From assembly GCA_964016885.1 (NCBI GenBank), contig OZ024747.1, positions 46,686,001 to 46,750,000 of the forward strand: a DNA stretch of 64,000 nucleotides. The letters run 5' to 3'. The notes under the pieces are model-generated. The model ran no database searches, was not told the DNA's origin, and saw only the letters and a list, made by a program, of their open reading frames with translations. Shown here piece by piece: positions 27,425-40,500 of this stretch; position 1 is the first letter of the stretch, and each line of letters opens with the position of its first letter. Source of the stretch: Eledone cirrhosa (taxonomy: Eukaryota). A program made the position numbers and the translations under genes.

Positions 27425-27467
27425 ACGATGTACTAGTTTCAAGCTTGTTAGCTATCATCAGCACCGT
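27425..27467 (-). ncRNA. Type I hammerhead ribozyme, canonical core
   Basis: ACGGUG-CUGAUGA-UAGCU(AACA)AGCUU-GAAA-CUAG-UA-CAUCGU. Confidence 0.87.
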
Positions 27468-27902
27468 TTACCCATCTGCCAGATAGTTGAACGTTCGAAA
27501 GTATATACTTTCCTTATGAAAATTAATGGCTGAGCAGCCTAATTTGCATATTGAGTGAGTTAAATTGGTCAGGCATACCGAAAACGATAAGTTGAAAAAA
27601 AAAAATGTAAACGAAATTTCATTTCTTACTCTTAGTATGGCACTTACTTAAAAGTAAGTATGTATGTATACGTACATACATATATGTATACAGACGTACA
27701 GTAGCATGCACATGTATATATATATATATATATATACACATATGCATACAGGTACACATACATATATGCACGCATCAGTTTAGCCGACGTTTATTATAAC
27801 GTCGCTTTGTTCGTTTGTTTGTCAACAAACCGAAAAGCCTGAATTTATGCCATACGGTGTTAAGGCAACCACGTCACCTTTTTGTTCAACACTGACACAG
27901 GA

Positions 27903-27945
27903 ACGATGTACTAGTTTCAAGCTTGTTAGCTATCATCAGCACCGT
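27903..27945 (-). ncRNA. Type I hammerhead ribozyme, canonical core
   Basis: Identical motif to 27425-27467. Confidence 0.87.
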
Positions 27946-28011
27946 TTACCCATCTGCCAGATAGTTGAACGCTAAACTGATGCGTGCATATATGTATGTG
28001 TACCTGTATGC

Positions 28012-28050
<39 letters not shown>

Positions 28051-28074
28051 CATGCTACTGTACGTCTGTATACA

Positions 28075-28163
<89 letters not shown>

Positions 28164-28251
28164 CAGATTAATGTTTAACCAAAGAATCGGTGCTTTCACC
28201 CTTAACGGGATCTTCTGAAACTCATAGTCTTCACATTTATTATTATTACTA

Positions 28252-28657
28252 TAGGGCGGTGGATTGGCAGTATCGGTAGAGGGTCGGACGCTCTGCTTTA
28301 ACGCACAGAGTTACGGCCCTTGCCATTCTGACTTCGAATTCCGTCGAGGTTAACTTTGCCTTTCATCCTTACGGGGTCGATAAAATAATGTACCAGTAAT
28401 ATACTGGGGTCGATTTAATCGACTTACCCCTCCCCCAAAACTGCTGGCCTCGTGTCTATTTAAGAAACCATGGAATGGCAGTATCGGTAGAGGGTCGGAC
28501 GCCATGCTTTGACTCATAGAGTTACGCCCCTTGCCATTCTGAGTTCAAATCCCGCGGAGGTTAACTTTGCCTTTCATCCTTACGGGGTCGATAAAATAAA
28601 GTACCTGTAATGCACTGGGTAATTGCTGGCCTTGTGCCAAAAGTAGAAACAATTATG
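28252..28657 (+). mobile_element. Two tandem SINE family A copies
   Basis: GGGCGGTGGATTGGCAG head, B-box, GCCTTTCATCCTTACGGGGTCGATAAAAT body. Further copies at 35758-35930(-), 41393-41497(+), 49537-49711(-), 50119-50300(+). Confidence 0.85.
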
Positions 28658-28662
28658 ACTAA

Positions 28663-28698
<36 letters not shown>

Positions 28699-28793
28699 AT
28701 ATTTACTCCAGGAAACTGTTGAGTGCTCTAAATCAGTTATAAACATTTATATTTATATTTGTCGGATTTCCAACAAATTAAATACCCCTTCTA

Positions 28794-28833
<40 letters not shown>

Positions 28834-28984
28834 CCCCCTCCGCCTCCGTGGTGTTTTCTTCGGGGTTATAAGAGGCTTGGCTCTGTTTCTCGACCGTTAT
28901 ATCGCGTGACTATCTCCCCCTCCGCCTTTTGGGATTCTTTCTTACGTCGTGTAGACGCGTTCTTGAAGCTAGTAAAATGAGGTA

Positions 28985-29074
28985 TCCTCTTGATAAGTCG
29001 GCAGACCTCGCAAGGACTCTATATCTTTATGATGTATTGTTTTTGTTTATGCCACGAAACTACGTAGTCGAGGA
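28985..29074 (+). ncRNA. Type I hammerhead motif, U3-A8 covariant core (UUGAUAA), long stem II insert
   Basis: UCCUC-UUGAUAA-GU(C)GGCA..UGCCAC-GAAA-CUACGUAG-UC-GAGGA. Confidence 0.7.
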
Positions 29075-29309
29075 ATCTAGGAACAGTTTAGGTATGATAC
29101 ATTTTATTACTAATTATATCTAAATGTTTCTTCTCTCTTCATAATGTATTTTTAACTCTGATACTGGTTCAGTCTAATTCAACCGGATTGGTCTGTCCCA
29201 GTCATTCATTGAGCAACATCGGTAAGGTTGGCACCATTAACTCACGGTTGGGTGTGGATGCATTCATGTATATGTGTGTGTCCGCATGTATCTGTGTGTT
29301 TCTAAATAT

Positions 29310-29359
<50 letters not shown>

Positions 29360-29758
29360 TTATTGCTTATCGAAAAATTATGTACACTTGCTATCGATCC
29401 TGTCGCCACTATTATAAGAACCGGAAGCCAAACTATCTACCATTGTTCTTCAGCAAGACCATGATCGATGACCGAAGTCAGTAAAATAATCTCTGTACAT
29501 ATGACGGCTCTCTACTCGTGTCTGAGGGTGACCATTTCTATCATTGAAGGAGAATCATGTTCCTCAAAATGCGTCTTACACGTCTTTTGGGTGACCTTAC
29601 AATCATGTATCAACATGCATAGTTTTATGTTGATCTATATCACTGTGTCTATGGAATTGTCAATAAATGTGAAAACCTGCCTACGTGAAAAGCATGTAAA
29701 CGTATATATTGTCATGATGTTACAATAGTCACGTAATTATATATATATATATATATAT

Positions 29759-30047
29759 CCAGGGGGTGTAACTTGGAGTTACTGCAGGTTCACCCGGGGG
29801 GCACTCGATGTTTAGGTTTACTTCTGTGTCGAGGTGTAGAGCTATACAGAGTGTAGTATATTGAAAGGATAACAAGGACGATTGGTTACTCCTTCATTAC
29901 ATTTATTGGTAGGCTCCGTCGAGCTGCCGATCATTGAGTCGAGTAGGATCGATACAGATCGAACCTTGAGCTGATCAGTGGCGAAACGCGCGTCACCTAC
30001 CAATAAATGTAATGAAGGAGTAACCAATCGTCCTTGTCATCCTTTCA

Positions 30048-30050
<3 letters not shown>
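29759..30050. mobile_element. PLE-like fold-back element with HHR-like motif at 29908-30001(+) (core CCGUCGA)
   Basis: Arms ~29858-29913 / 29996-30050; stem II GCUGCCGAUCA/UGAUCAGUGGC, then GAAA-CGCGCG-UC. Homolog at 46320-46570(-). Confidence 0.7.
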
Positions 30051-30123
<73 letters not shown>

Positions 30124-30127
<4 letters not shown>

Positions 30128-30322
30128 CGAAGGAAGTGTGGTAACGAACCAGATGGGCCATAACGCACCAGAGTACTCAATACTTAGGGTAGTAGAGTGG
30201 GTAATAGGAAAATGTTTAACCCCGACGGCAGGGCTCAAACCGTTTCAACGGCTATTTCTGGTCAGAAATAGCCGTCGAAACGGCTTGAGCCCTGCCGTCG
30301 CGGTTAAACATTTTCCTATTAT
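30124..30322. mobile_element. PLE-like fold-back element; both arms contain the 3' half of an HHR (GAAA-CGGC..GCCG-UC)
   Basis: Near-perfect palindrome 30202-30321 centred at ~30261; tail homolog at 55546-55635, fragment at 63168-63225. Confidence 0.7.
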
Positions 30323-30344
30323 ATAAATATATATATATATATAT

Positions 30345-30543
30345 AGTTTTAATAGAGATTCTACAGGACTAGAACTGTTTCATTCTTTAGAAAGCATCAG
30401 GAATCTCAGGGATTCTTGATGATTTCTAAAGAATGAAACAGTTCTAGTCCTGTAGAATCTCAACTATATTAAAACTTTTATACTCTGCTATGTATTGAGT
30501 ACCTTACTTACTGTGGTTACCTTCGATTCAACCCGGAATAACG
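30345..30543. mobile_element. PLE-like fold-back element with two back-to-back HHRs, 30355-30407(-) and 30409-30461(+)
   Basis: GAUUC-[CUGAUGC or UUGAUGA]-UUUC(UAAA)GAAU-GAAA-CAG..CUG-UA-GAAUC; tail homolog at 46586-46665(-). Confidence 0.8.
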
Positions 30544-30753
30544 TATATATATATATATATTGTGAAAGCGCGTGGCTGAAGAGGTTGTAAGATCGATTCC
30601 TGGACGGGGTGATGCGTTATGTCCAGAGAAGGAAACTTTATTTCACGTTGCTCCTTTTACCTGGAGTTGCGACCGATAGAGAGTATTAGCAATTGGAAAG
30701 ACTAACGGAAACATTGCTTCGTCGGTCCGATTTGATGAAAGTCGATCGGCTGT

Positions 30754-30858
<105 letters not shown>

Positions 30859-31005
30859 GAGAGAAGTGGTTACACAACAGTTAGTTCACCATACCGAGAA
30901 CAATTATTTCACCTTCTACCTAACTCATGCCATGGACTGAGTGCTCTACCACTACGGATATTACCTTACAGTGTTCTACCTCTCTCTCTGTATATATATA
31001 TATGC

Positions 31006-31121
<116 letters not shown>

Positions 31122-31153
31122 GCAAACATCACGGGCGCTCTATCTCAAAATTA

Positions 31154-31189
31154 TTTTTGAAAAGCATTAGAAATGCGCAACCGGTAAAA
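31154..31189 (+). ncRNA. Hammerhead motif, U3-A8 core (UUGAAAA), A13C mutation
   Basis: UUU-UUGAAAA-GCAUU(AGA)AAUGC-GCAA-CCGG-UA-AAA; diverged relative of 53716-53751. Confidence 0.55.
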
Positions 31190-31439
31190 CTTAAAACCAA
31201 AACTGAATACTAACCAATACTATTACTAATTTTTACTTATTCCTAATTAAACTATTTTTCACTGGGAACAATTTGTCAGCATTTTCTTTTCCTTTTACCA
31301 ATATATCATAACTCGTGTGTTACACCTCTATTCTTTTAAATATATATATATATATAAAAATAATTCAAAACAACAAACAGCGAAGGACGCGTTCCGGACT
31401 TGTCCGACAGACAACATTTTCCCCCACCCCGGAAAAAAA

Positions 31440-31475
31440 CCCCAGTTGATGGATGTGAATCCGAAATATATAGGG
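31440..31475 (+). ncRNA. Hammerhead-like motif, degenerate/variant core CAGUUGA
   Basis: CCC-CAGUUGA-U-GGAU(GUGA)AUCC-GAAA-UAUA-UA-GGG. Confidence 0.5.
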
Positions 31476-31731
31476 ACTATTAAATCTCTGCCAAGGTAAC
31501 TCTCTCTTGTGTTGTTATTTTAATTTTATCCTTTATACCCTTCCCTTCATTCTACACATCTCACACATCTTATACACACCACGCATCTCAACGTACACCC
31601 ACTTACATCTCTCTCTCCACCACCGGACCTTGTTACCCGGAGATTTACCCATTTGCATTGTCGAGTCTTCCAAACGACTTAAAGATATTTACTTATTGTT
31701 CCACAATGCTTCAAGCAAACTTCAATACTCT

Positions 31732-31773
<42 letters not shown>

Positions 31774-32037
31774 CATATATATGTATGTATATATATATAT
31801 GTGTGTACATATATGTAAAGTGAGAGAGAGAGAGAGAGAGAAATACATACATCTTATATTATAATATATTTTATCATATTACGTACATGTGGGTGGGTAG
31901 AGGGGCTGGGTTTGTGTGTCTATGTGCGGGTGTGTGTATGAAAGCGACAGTAAGTTTTTCTATGCGAGTGTGAATTTCTATTTTAACAGACGAATATGAT
32001 TCGATAAGCACAGCATATTTGGAAAAGAGAACCGGAC

Positions 32038-32217
32038 CTTCTCCCGTCGGCTCCTCTTTGCATCGATCATCGTCGAATCTTCAAGCATCTTTTGACCACG
32101 TACTGCCGAGCTACCCCGTAAAATCGGAACTTTAGCAGCCAGTCTGAGGAAGGAGCCGCGTGAAGTGGGGTTGTTGTTGCAGCTGATGTCACTAGCTTTT
32201 GTCCGTAGAAATGCCAT
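32038..32217 (-). CDS. Putative first coding exon of unidentified gene (MAFLRTKASDISCNNNPTSRGSFLRLAAKVPILRGSS...KRSRREK)
   Basis: GC/CpG-richer unique island, GCAATGG start context, AAG|GTCCGG weak donor; phase 0 compatible with exon 25125-25385. Confidence 0.35.
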
Positions 32218-32736
32218 TGCAGCTTTTTTTTTCCGCGTGACACAACCGAAACACCGCCTTGCCCTAGGCACAGAGATTTATACCTTCTCTCCTTCGTCCT
32301 CTCTTTCTTCCGTGGCCTAATAGTCATTGATTTTTAGCCCCGCTTTCCCTCTCATTTATATCATTTATAGTCCTTTCTTCTACTTTGTTATACAGCCAAA
32401 TCTGCCCTTCTTTACCACTTCGCCCACTCTCTTCGTTGCTTGGTTTTGTTTTTATCCGTTTTTTTTGTTTCATATTCCCATCAACATTTTTAATGTTATT
32501 TATACAAGTGTAAATAAAAATATTTCTGTGAAAAAAAAAAACAAAAAAACAAATATGGCGCTGTCATTGAGTGAGCAATATATTAAAAAAACTGAAGCAA
32601 AACGATAGATAAACGGGGAAGATAATCATTCAATAATCATAGTTACATGGTATCGGCCTTATATGTTGAGATATGTGAAGTGATTGTCGTTTTAAGCTAT
32701 TATCATACAGTGCAAACATTATGTAGGTATTTGTAG

Positions 32737-32861
<125 letters not shown>

Positions 32862-32987
32862 CACACAAACAAACAAAGAGTCACATATAGAAATCCGTGC
32901 ATACCCACATACAATGATACGTATGTGTAGGCATTTGTTTATGTATGTATGTATGTATGTATGTATGTATGTATGTATGTATGTATG

Positions 32988-33019
<32 letters not shown>

Positions 33020-33106
33020 GGGTAAACAGAAATAACAACACAAATGGTATATATATATATGTGTGTGTATATGTATATATATATATATATATATGTATGT
33101 GTGAAT

Positions 33107-33174
<68 letters not shown>

Positions 33175-33541
33175 ATATGTATATATATATATATATGTAT
33201 ATATATATGTATACATATATATATATATATACATATACTTATATATATATATATATATGTGTGTGTATATATATATATGTGTGCATGCGTGTGTATGTTT
33301 GTATGTGTGTGTATGTTTGTATATGTGTGTATGTGTGTATCTGCATGCGTATGAATGCGAATGTTGTTGTTGCTGAGTTTGTTAAACATATGTGTATAAA
33401 TGTTACAGTCTAGGCGGTATTTTGTTCTTATATTTTATTCACATGATCCCTATCGCATTCATGCATTGTAAATTCATGAAAATATATTTTTTCAAAATTC
33501 ACTACTATTTAAATTTTTTTTCTTTTTTTTTCTTTTTTTCT

Positions 33542-33572
<31 letters not shown>

Positions 33573-33917
33573 TTTATTAATATTGACTATCTAACACAGA
33601 TATCTCATATGATAAAACTATCGTCAATCAATAATGTTTGCAATATTTCAGTAGACGCCATTACTAAAATAAAAGAATAAAGAATTCTCTGAAAAACCAT
33701 GTATGTCCTTTCTATGTGTCTCTCATCGATAGCAGTTTAGACTGGAAGAAAGTATTTCTTTTATGTTTTATCAAGTGTTACATAAAAGAAATATCTGGAA
33801 AAATAGTAACATGGAATATGTTTTGTTTATTTCTAGAGCTTTGTGTTATTTGGTACTTTTCACCAGCACCTCAACCCCGTCTCTGATTCCTCTCTCCCCT
33901 CGCCCGTTTGTTATATA

Positions 33918-33974
<57 letters not shown>

Positions 33975-34583
33975 GAAAGGTATAGAAATTGTTTTAGCGA
34001 GAAGCTAACAGTATTCTATAATATATATGCGACTATATCGTCAAGATGGGAGAAATAGTTAACTTAAGATGTAAGAAATATAATTCAAACTCATCTCAAA
34101 AGAGAATCAGGATACAAATTCATCCACAGAATTTAGTGAAATCCAGGGAAAAATCAATAGACCCATGATAAAATAAAGTTTAAAATACTCATCCTTCAAT
34201 TTGGAAAAAACATTAAATGCTCTGTATAGTCTTAAAGTCTATTTCATGAAAACTTTCAGTGGAGATGGTCACGGTTGGATTTCAATCGTCAGCAGAGCTC
34301 AACAGATAACCAGGGCTACCACATAATTATAAGCCAAAAAGGGAATTCTAAAACTGGGTAGTTCACCATCATGCGTGATTATGAAAAACGCACATGAGGA
34401 AAAACGGGGCTAGTGACGTCAGGATGAAAATTAATGCTTGTTTACAAGAAATAACAGTCAAATACATTCCACATATATATATATTTCGTTTCTGAATTTG
34501 TTTAGCAAGAATCTTTATCTGAAAACGTGTGTTGAAACCGATATTGTTATGCTTTGGGAGGGTCATGTTGCCAATATATATAT

Positions 34584-34708
<125 letters not shown>

Positions 34709-34901
34709 AAATTAAGATAATCAAAATTATGGGTGTCATGCCAGAAAGACATGCGCCATATCACCCGCAAAATAGTTCTGGTTAACTTCAAGTTCTGGTC
34801 AACTGCATTTAGTTATCTACCTAGCTAGGTGTGCTTACACACTTGTAAAAAATATCTCCTGTGATTATTCATGTTTATTTATATGTTAATCAATTTCTAG
34901 T

Positions 34902-35039
<138 letters not shown>

Positions 35040-35179
35040 TTTATGTTGGTTGTATACCAACACCTCAGTATGCAGGCTGGAGCACTCGACGAAGTGCGCA
35101 GGTTGGTTTGGTTACTCCGGAGTAGTGTAAAATAAAGTTAAATAAAAAGTCAAATGATTAAAATTTACCTTCCTTTATT

Positions 35180-35234
35180 ACTGCTATATATATTTCAGTG
35201 ACAGCCATCTTTGGCTGTGACCTCTTCAGGCAGT
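35180..35234 (-). ncRNA. Type I hammerhead ribozyme, canonical core
   Basis: ACUGC-CUGAAGA-GGUCACAGCCA(AAGA)UGGCUGUCACU-GAAA-UAUAUA-UA-GCAGU, then AAUAAA. Confidence 0.9.
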
Positions 35235-35412
35235 TTGAATTAGTATGGTATAGACAAGTACATATGTTGTTGAGGTGTATAATATTGTCAATACTCTGAT
35301 ATGATTCCAGTTCCAACCCAACCAGGAACTGGGCATATCAGAGTATTGACAATATTATACACCTCAACAACATATGTACTTATGTACTTGTCTATACCAT
35401 ACTAATTCAAAA

Positions 35413-35463
35413 TGCCTGAAGAGGTCACAGCCAAAGATGGCTGTCACTGAAATATATATAGCA
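35413..35463 (+). ncRNA. Type I hammerhead ribozyme, canonical core
   Basis: Inverted copy of 35180-35234; stem I UGC/GCA. Confidence 0.85.
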
Positions 35464-35525
35464 GTATTAAACGAAGGTAAATTTTAATCATTTGACTTTT
35501 TATTTAACTTTATTTTATTTATATA

Positions 35526-35656
<131 letters not shown>

Positions 35657-35707
35657 TTATATTAATGCACCCTTTTGTTCGTTCGTTCTTTTCGTGTTTC
35701 CTTGACT

Positions 35708-35757
<50 letters not shown>

Positions 35758-36669
35758 ATTGTCTCTACTTTTGGCACAAGGCCACCAATTATTCGAGAGC
35801 ATTACTGGTACTTTATTTTATCGATCCCGTAAGTATGAAAGGCAAAGCTAACCTCGGCCCGATTTGAACTCAGACCATAAAGGGATGTAATTATGCGACA
35901 AAGCATGGCGTCCGACCCTCTACCGGTACTGAATGATATAGAGGGATATGTGTCTATTTATATAATGAGACCCTAGTTACTTAACTAACTAACAATCCCA
36001 TAATTCATTGAAATATGAAATATATAATATAAGGAAAACTTAATCAAATCTTCACTTTTGAAATAGAGTCAGGAGCACTATATACGTATTGTGCTCCTGA
36101 TGTTGGACAGATCGAAGCCTGACATTATCGAAACACTCGTAGAGCCAATAAATGCATATTAACATATACACACAGAAATAGATACACACACACAAACGCA
36201 CACACACATATACACATACCCGTATATATACATATGAGGATATAAGTGGTTCAGTAGATTTGTGGTTTACTGAGGAAGGTACCAAAATCAGCACTCTGTG
36301 GTAAGGTAGAGATGAGATTTTGGTTTTGCTTGATTAACAAGTCCGATGAGCAGATCGGACTGGGGTCGGATCTGTAGCATTTACATTGTTCCTGAGCCAC
36401 CCATCTGTGAAACAGCCGTAGCTGTGTGTAATCAATACAGACCTAATGTGAATCCTCGCTTAGTTTACCATATATATATATTCTTGAATTTAAATATACC
36501 ACGACTCTCTATCACTTTTCCTCTACTACAATCTTCTTACACCACCTTCTTCTTCCAACCCGTCTATTTTCACTCCCTCACTAGTACCTTCAACATGCCC
36601 AATATCTAAAAACATTTTTTCCAATCCCACCTCGTAGGTCCCGTCAATCTATCTCATTTCTCATTCTTT

Positions 36670-36703
36670 CTTCTGATGATGGACTAGCGTCCGAAACGTC
36701 AAG
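36670..36703 (+). ncRNA. Minimal type I hammerhead ribozyme within a short element (~36610-36790) ending at (CA)n
   Basis: CUU-CUGAUGA-U-GGAC(UAGC)GUCC-GAAA-CG-UC-AAG; the palindromic stem III is typical of PLE minimal HHRs. Confidence 0.85.
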
Positions 36704-36786
36704 TCCCTCTTCCTGCTATTTTCAAGCGTTAACTTAATATATCCCTTCCATACACTGTACCGATTGTGTTGGTATTTCTGTTTACC

Positions 36787-36871
<85 letters not shown>

Positions 36872-36906
36872 TGCGCACAAACACGCACGCACACACACAT
36901 ACATAC

Positions 36907-36991
<85 letters not shown>

Positions 36992-37615
36992 TATAAACAT
37001 TATTGACAAGTAGAGTTGCTTATTTAATTAGGATTTCTCACTATCGATGTCTTAATTAAGAAAACAATCTCTCTGCCAATGGAAATCTTTATGGTGAGAA
37101 TTTTACATTAAATTCTAAATAGAAACTTTTTTTTCTCAAGCAAAATGTCTTATATATCTTATTTCTTAGCAAGAAAATATAATTTATTTACTCTAAATAG
37201 AAAAATAAAATATTTCAATTGGTAATTGTTAGTACATTGTAATTAAATAATTCTAATCTCGAGAGGATACAGAGTTTGAATCGGGGATGCCTTAGTATTA
37301 GAAGATAAAACCATGGAACTAAACAAAATAATCATGAGATTAAATAATTAGTGCACGACGCATTAAGCATTCGACATTAGGCACGTATTTATATTTCCCA
37401 AATAAGAAGAGGAAATCGATAATTTTTTTTTAAAGTTAATTTAGATATTAATTTTAAAAAGAAATATTAGTTTGTCATGAACTGTGTTACTGTGAATTTA
37501 ACTAATTAGTACGTTCATTAAATTTACAACAAAGGAAACAGCGAGATTACAAGAACGTAACATAACGTTTGCAGGAACAGAAATAACAAAAGCGGTCATA
37601 ATAATGTGTTGTTGT

Positions 37616-37646
<31 letters not shown>

Positions 37647-39189
37647 GGTGGTGGTGGTGGTGGTGGTGAGTATGGTGGTGGTGTTGGTGGTGGTGATTAT
37701 GGTGGTGGTGGTGGGGGTGATGGTGGTGTTGGTGGTGGTGTTGGTGGTGGTGGGGGTGATGGTGGTGGTAGTAGTAGTGGTGGTGGTGGTGATGGTGGTG
37801 GTGGTGGTGGTGGTGGTGAGTATGGTGGTGGTGTTGGTGGTGGTGATTATGGTGGTGGTGGTGGTGGGGGTGATGGTGGTGGTGGTGGTGTTGGTGGTGG
37901 TGTTGGTGGTGGTGGGGGTGATGGTGGTGGTAGTGGTAGTGGTGGTGGTGGTGATGGTGGTAGTAAGTAGTGGTGGTGGTGGTAGTAGTAGTGGTGATAG
38001 TTAAGATATAAGGATGATTGTGCTGCTGCTATTGCTGCTGCTGCTGCTGCTGTTGCTCTGCTGTGGCTGCTGCTACTGTTGTTGATGATGATGATGATGA
38101 TGATTATTATGATGATTATGATTATGATGATGGTGATGATAATGTTGTTAATAAATATCAGAAAATAAACTGAACTGCCGGGACTGTCGTTTCGTCCGAT
38201 AGAGAACAATGAAGGAGAAGGAGGAAGGGGGGGGGGGGTAGGAGGAAGAGCAGGGGCGAGGAAGAGGAGGAAGAGGAAGAGAAAGAGAAAGGGAGGGAAG
38301 GAGGAGGTGATGATGATGATGATGATCATGATGATGATGATGATGATGATGAGGAGGAGGAGGAGGAGGAGGGGGGGGGGGGGGTTAAATATTATTTTCT
38401 CCTTTTGGGATGAAGTGACAGACCAGAAACTTCAGATTTCACTCCTCAACACGACATAGGAATCTATCAAAACACACTACACTTACTTCATTTGTCCATT
38501 CCATGGTTCAGACGAAGTAATGACTGGTTCACTGTTTCACAATGAATATGTCATTGGTGCATCACCAGGATTTTTTTTTATTTTACGTCATGTAATTATG
38601 GCCTTCACCGATATACATCGGAAACCTGTTTTTGTGCGTACTGGACTGTTATTGGTTCCGACGCCGAGTGCTACAGCTGATTCCATTCATGTAAAAACTT
38701 GTTGGTAAAATTAACGTGCAAATGGCTTAACATTTTACAGACACGTGCACCTTTAATCGGATTCTCAAGGAGATTCAGCGTTGTATAGTCTTTGACAAGG
38801 GAAACCCTTTCAACCAGGATCACAACTCACTTTTTCCAGTTATATCGGCTGGAGCAATCGGCGTTCGATTCCACTGCACGGAAGATTCAACGGTTGTTTT
38901 TCTATATAGCGTCTTGTTGAATTTCATACGTCGGAAAAGATATGGGGAGGGCGAGAGAGATGGAGGCGATGGCAGTGGAGGTTCGGCTTTTGTCTATACA
39001 GTTATCTCTCTGTCTCTGACTTATGCAGTGTAAGCCCCACTTAAATAATCATTGTATGACAGGCATGAATGACTCATCTTCCTACTTTCTTGTATCTATA
39101 TGAAGCTTGTGCCTAAATGTGGCGTTAAACATGCAAACATGCAAACATGTATTCACTCACACGATCTGTGAACATTTCTCTCTATCTCT

Positions 39190-39248
<59 letters not shown>

Positions 39249-39779
39249 CCTTTCTCTCCATCTTTCTCTCTATCCCTATGTCGCTTTGTCTCTGTGTGTC
39301 TCTCTCTCTCTCCCTTTCTCTCTTTATATGTTTTTGTTATACTATTTCTCTTTGATGTTTCTTTCTCTCTCCCGCCCATCCCTTGCTTTTGTTTTCCTCC
39401 ATCCATCTTTTTCACTTTCACCCTCACATTCTATGTATTTCTTCTTCTCGTTCTTCATTTCTAGCGTCCTAATATGCCCGTCGTATTGGTCATTTCATAG
39501 ACATCCTTCACAATCAGATCTAATCACTAAAAATTCAGGCCATTGTGGAAAAGATGGATTGAACTTACGGCTTGAATTTCCTCTAGACCATTATTTAGAA
39601 CCCTTAGCTTGGTCAAGTTTTCAAAACCACATTCTTTTTGAGAGAATGCTGGATAAATCAAATTATGCAGTTTTTCGCCCGAAAAGTAAATTCTAGAGGC
39701 GGTGGTGACAGTAGTGGTGGCCTCAAAAGGCTGGAAGTTAGAAGAGTATTCTAGCTAACAGTAGTTCCTTTGTTGCGGC

Positions 39780-40130
39780 AGCTGTCAGTATAGCTTTCTT
39801 GTTAAGTGTCATTGACAGCAGATGGAGAGAAAAGCCAATGGATAAATTGAAATAGATGAAAGAGATAAGTGTTAAGTAATAACGTCTGAAGGCTAGCTAG
39901 GATTGTTTCTCTGGAGTAGACCACGTCCGGCGGGATAATTCTAGTTAGAGGGAAACAGATAGTTGAAGCCATACAACTGAAAAGAGACAGTGGTGATGTT
40001 ATGGAGCGATGGTGTGTATAGATAAGCATGGTTATGATGTTGAGGGAGCGGTGGTTGATGTGTTGGTAAAAGCGGGATGTGGATACCGCTGATAATAAAG
40101 ATGTTGCTAATAGGGCCATTTCAAGCGGGT
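39780..40130 (-). mobile_element. Possible highly degenerate CR1/L2-like LINE 3' fragment
   Basis: HHRSITSPLSLF..C..LTRIIPP weakly resembles the CR1 ORF2 C-terminus. Confidence 0.3.
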
Positions 40131-40262
40131 GGGCGTGGAACTGTGGTAGGTGTTGGGGTGTTGCGTGTTACCTTTTACTAAACATTAGCCACACTACCTT
40201 CAAGTATGTAAATACATAAAAACTTACACGCATACATATAGACAGTTGCAATCGTGCCAGTA

Positions 40263-40408
<146 letters not shown>

Positions 40409-40411
40409 TAT

Positions 40412-40500
<89 letters not shown>

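Larger units (their letters stand above)
26566..28085 (-). mobile_element. Tandem array of ~480-545-bp HHR-containing units (26566-27041, 27042-27586, 27587-27971) plus an inverted partial copy (27971-~28085)
   Basis: Near-identical head-to-tail units differing mainly in internal (TA)n length, one HHR per unit. Related fragments at ~8006-8050 and 53218-53470. Confidence 0.85.
35041..35517. mobile_element. PLE-like fold-back element, arms 35128-35314 / 35325-35517, tail 35041-35127 on the minus-strand copy
   Basis: ~190-bp inverted arms, each with a canonical HHR; flanked by (GA)n/(TA)n. Confidence 0.85.

Noticed and set aside
31381-31415. Minus-strand GGAC(AA)GUCC-GGAA-CGCG-UC HHR remnant
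   Set aside because: Core and stem I are missing and GAAA is mutated, so it is not counted as a ribozyme. A similar truncated remnant lies at ~19965-19995.
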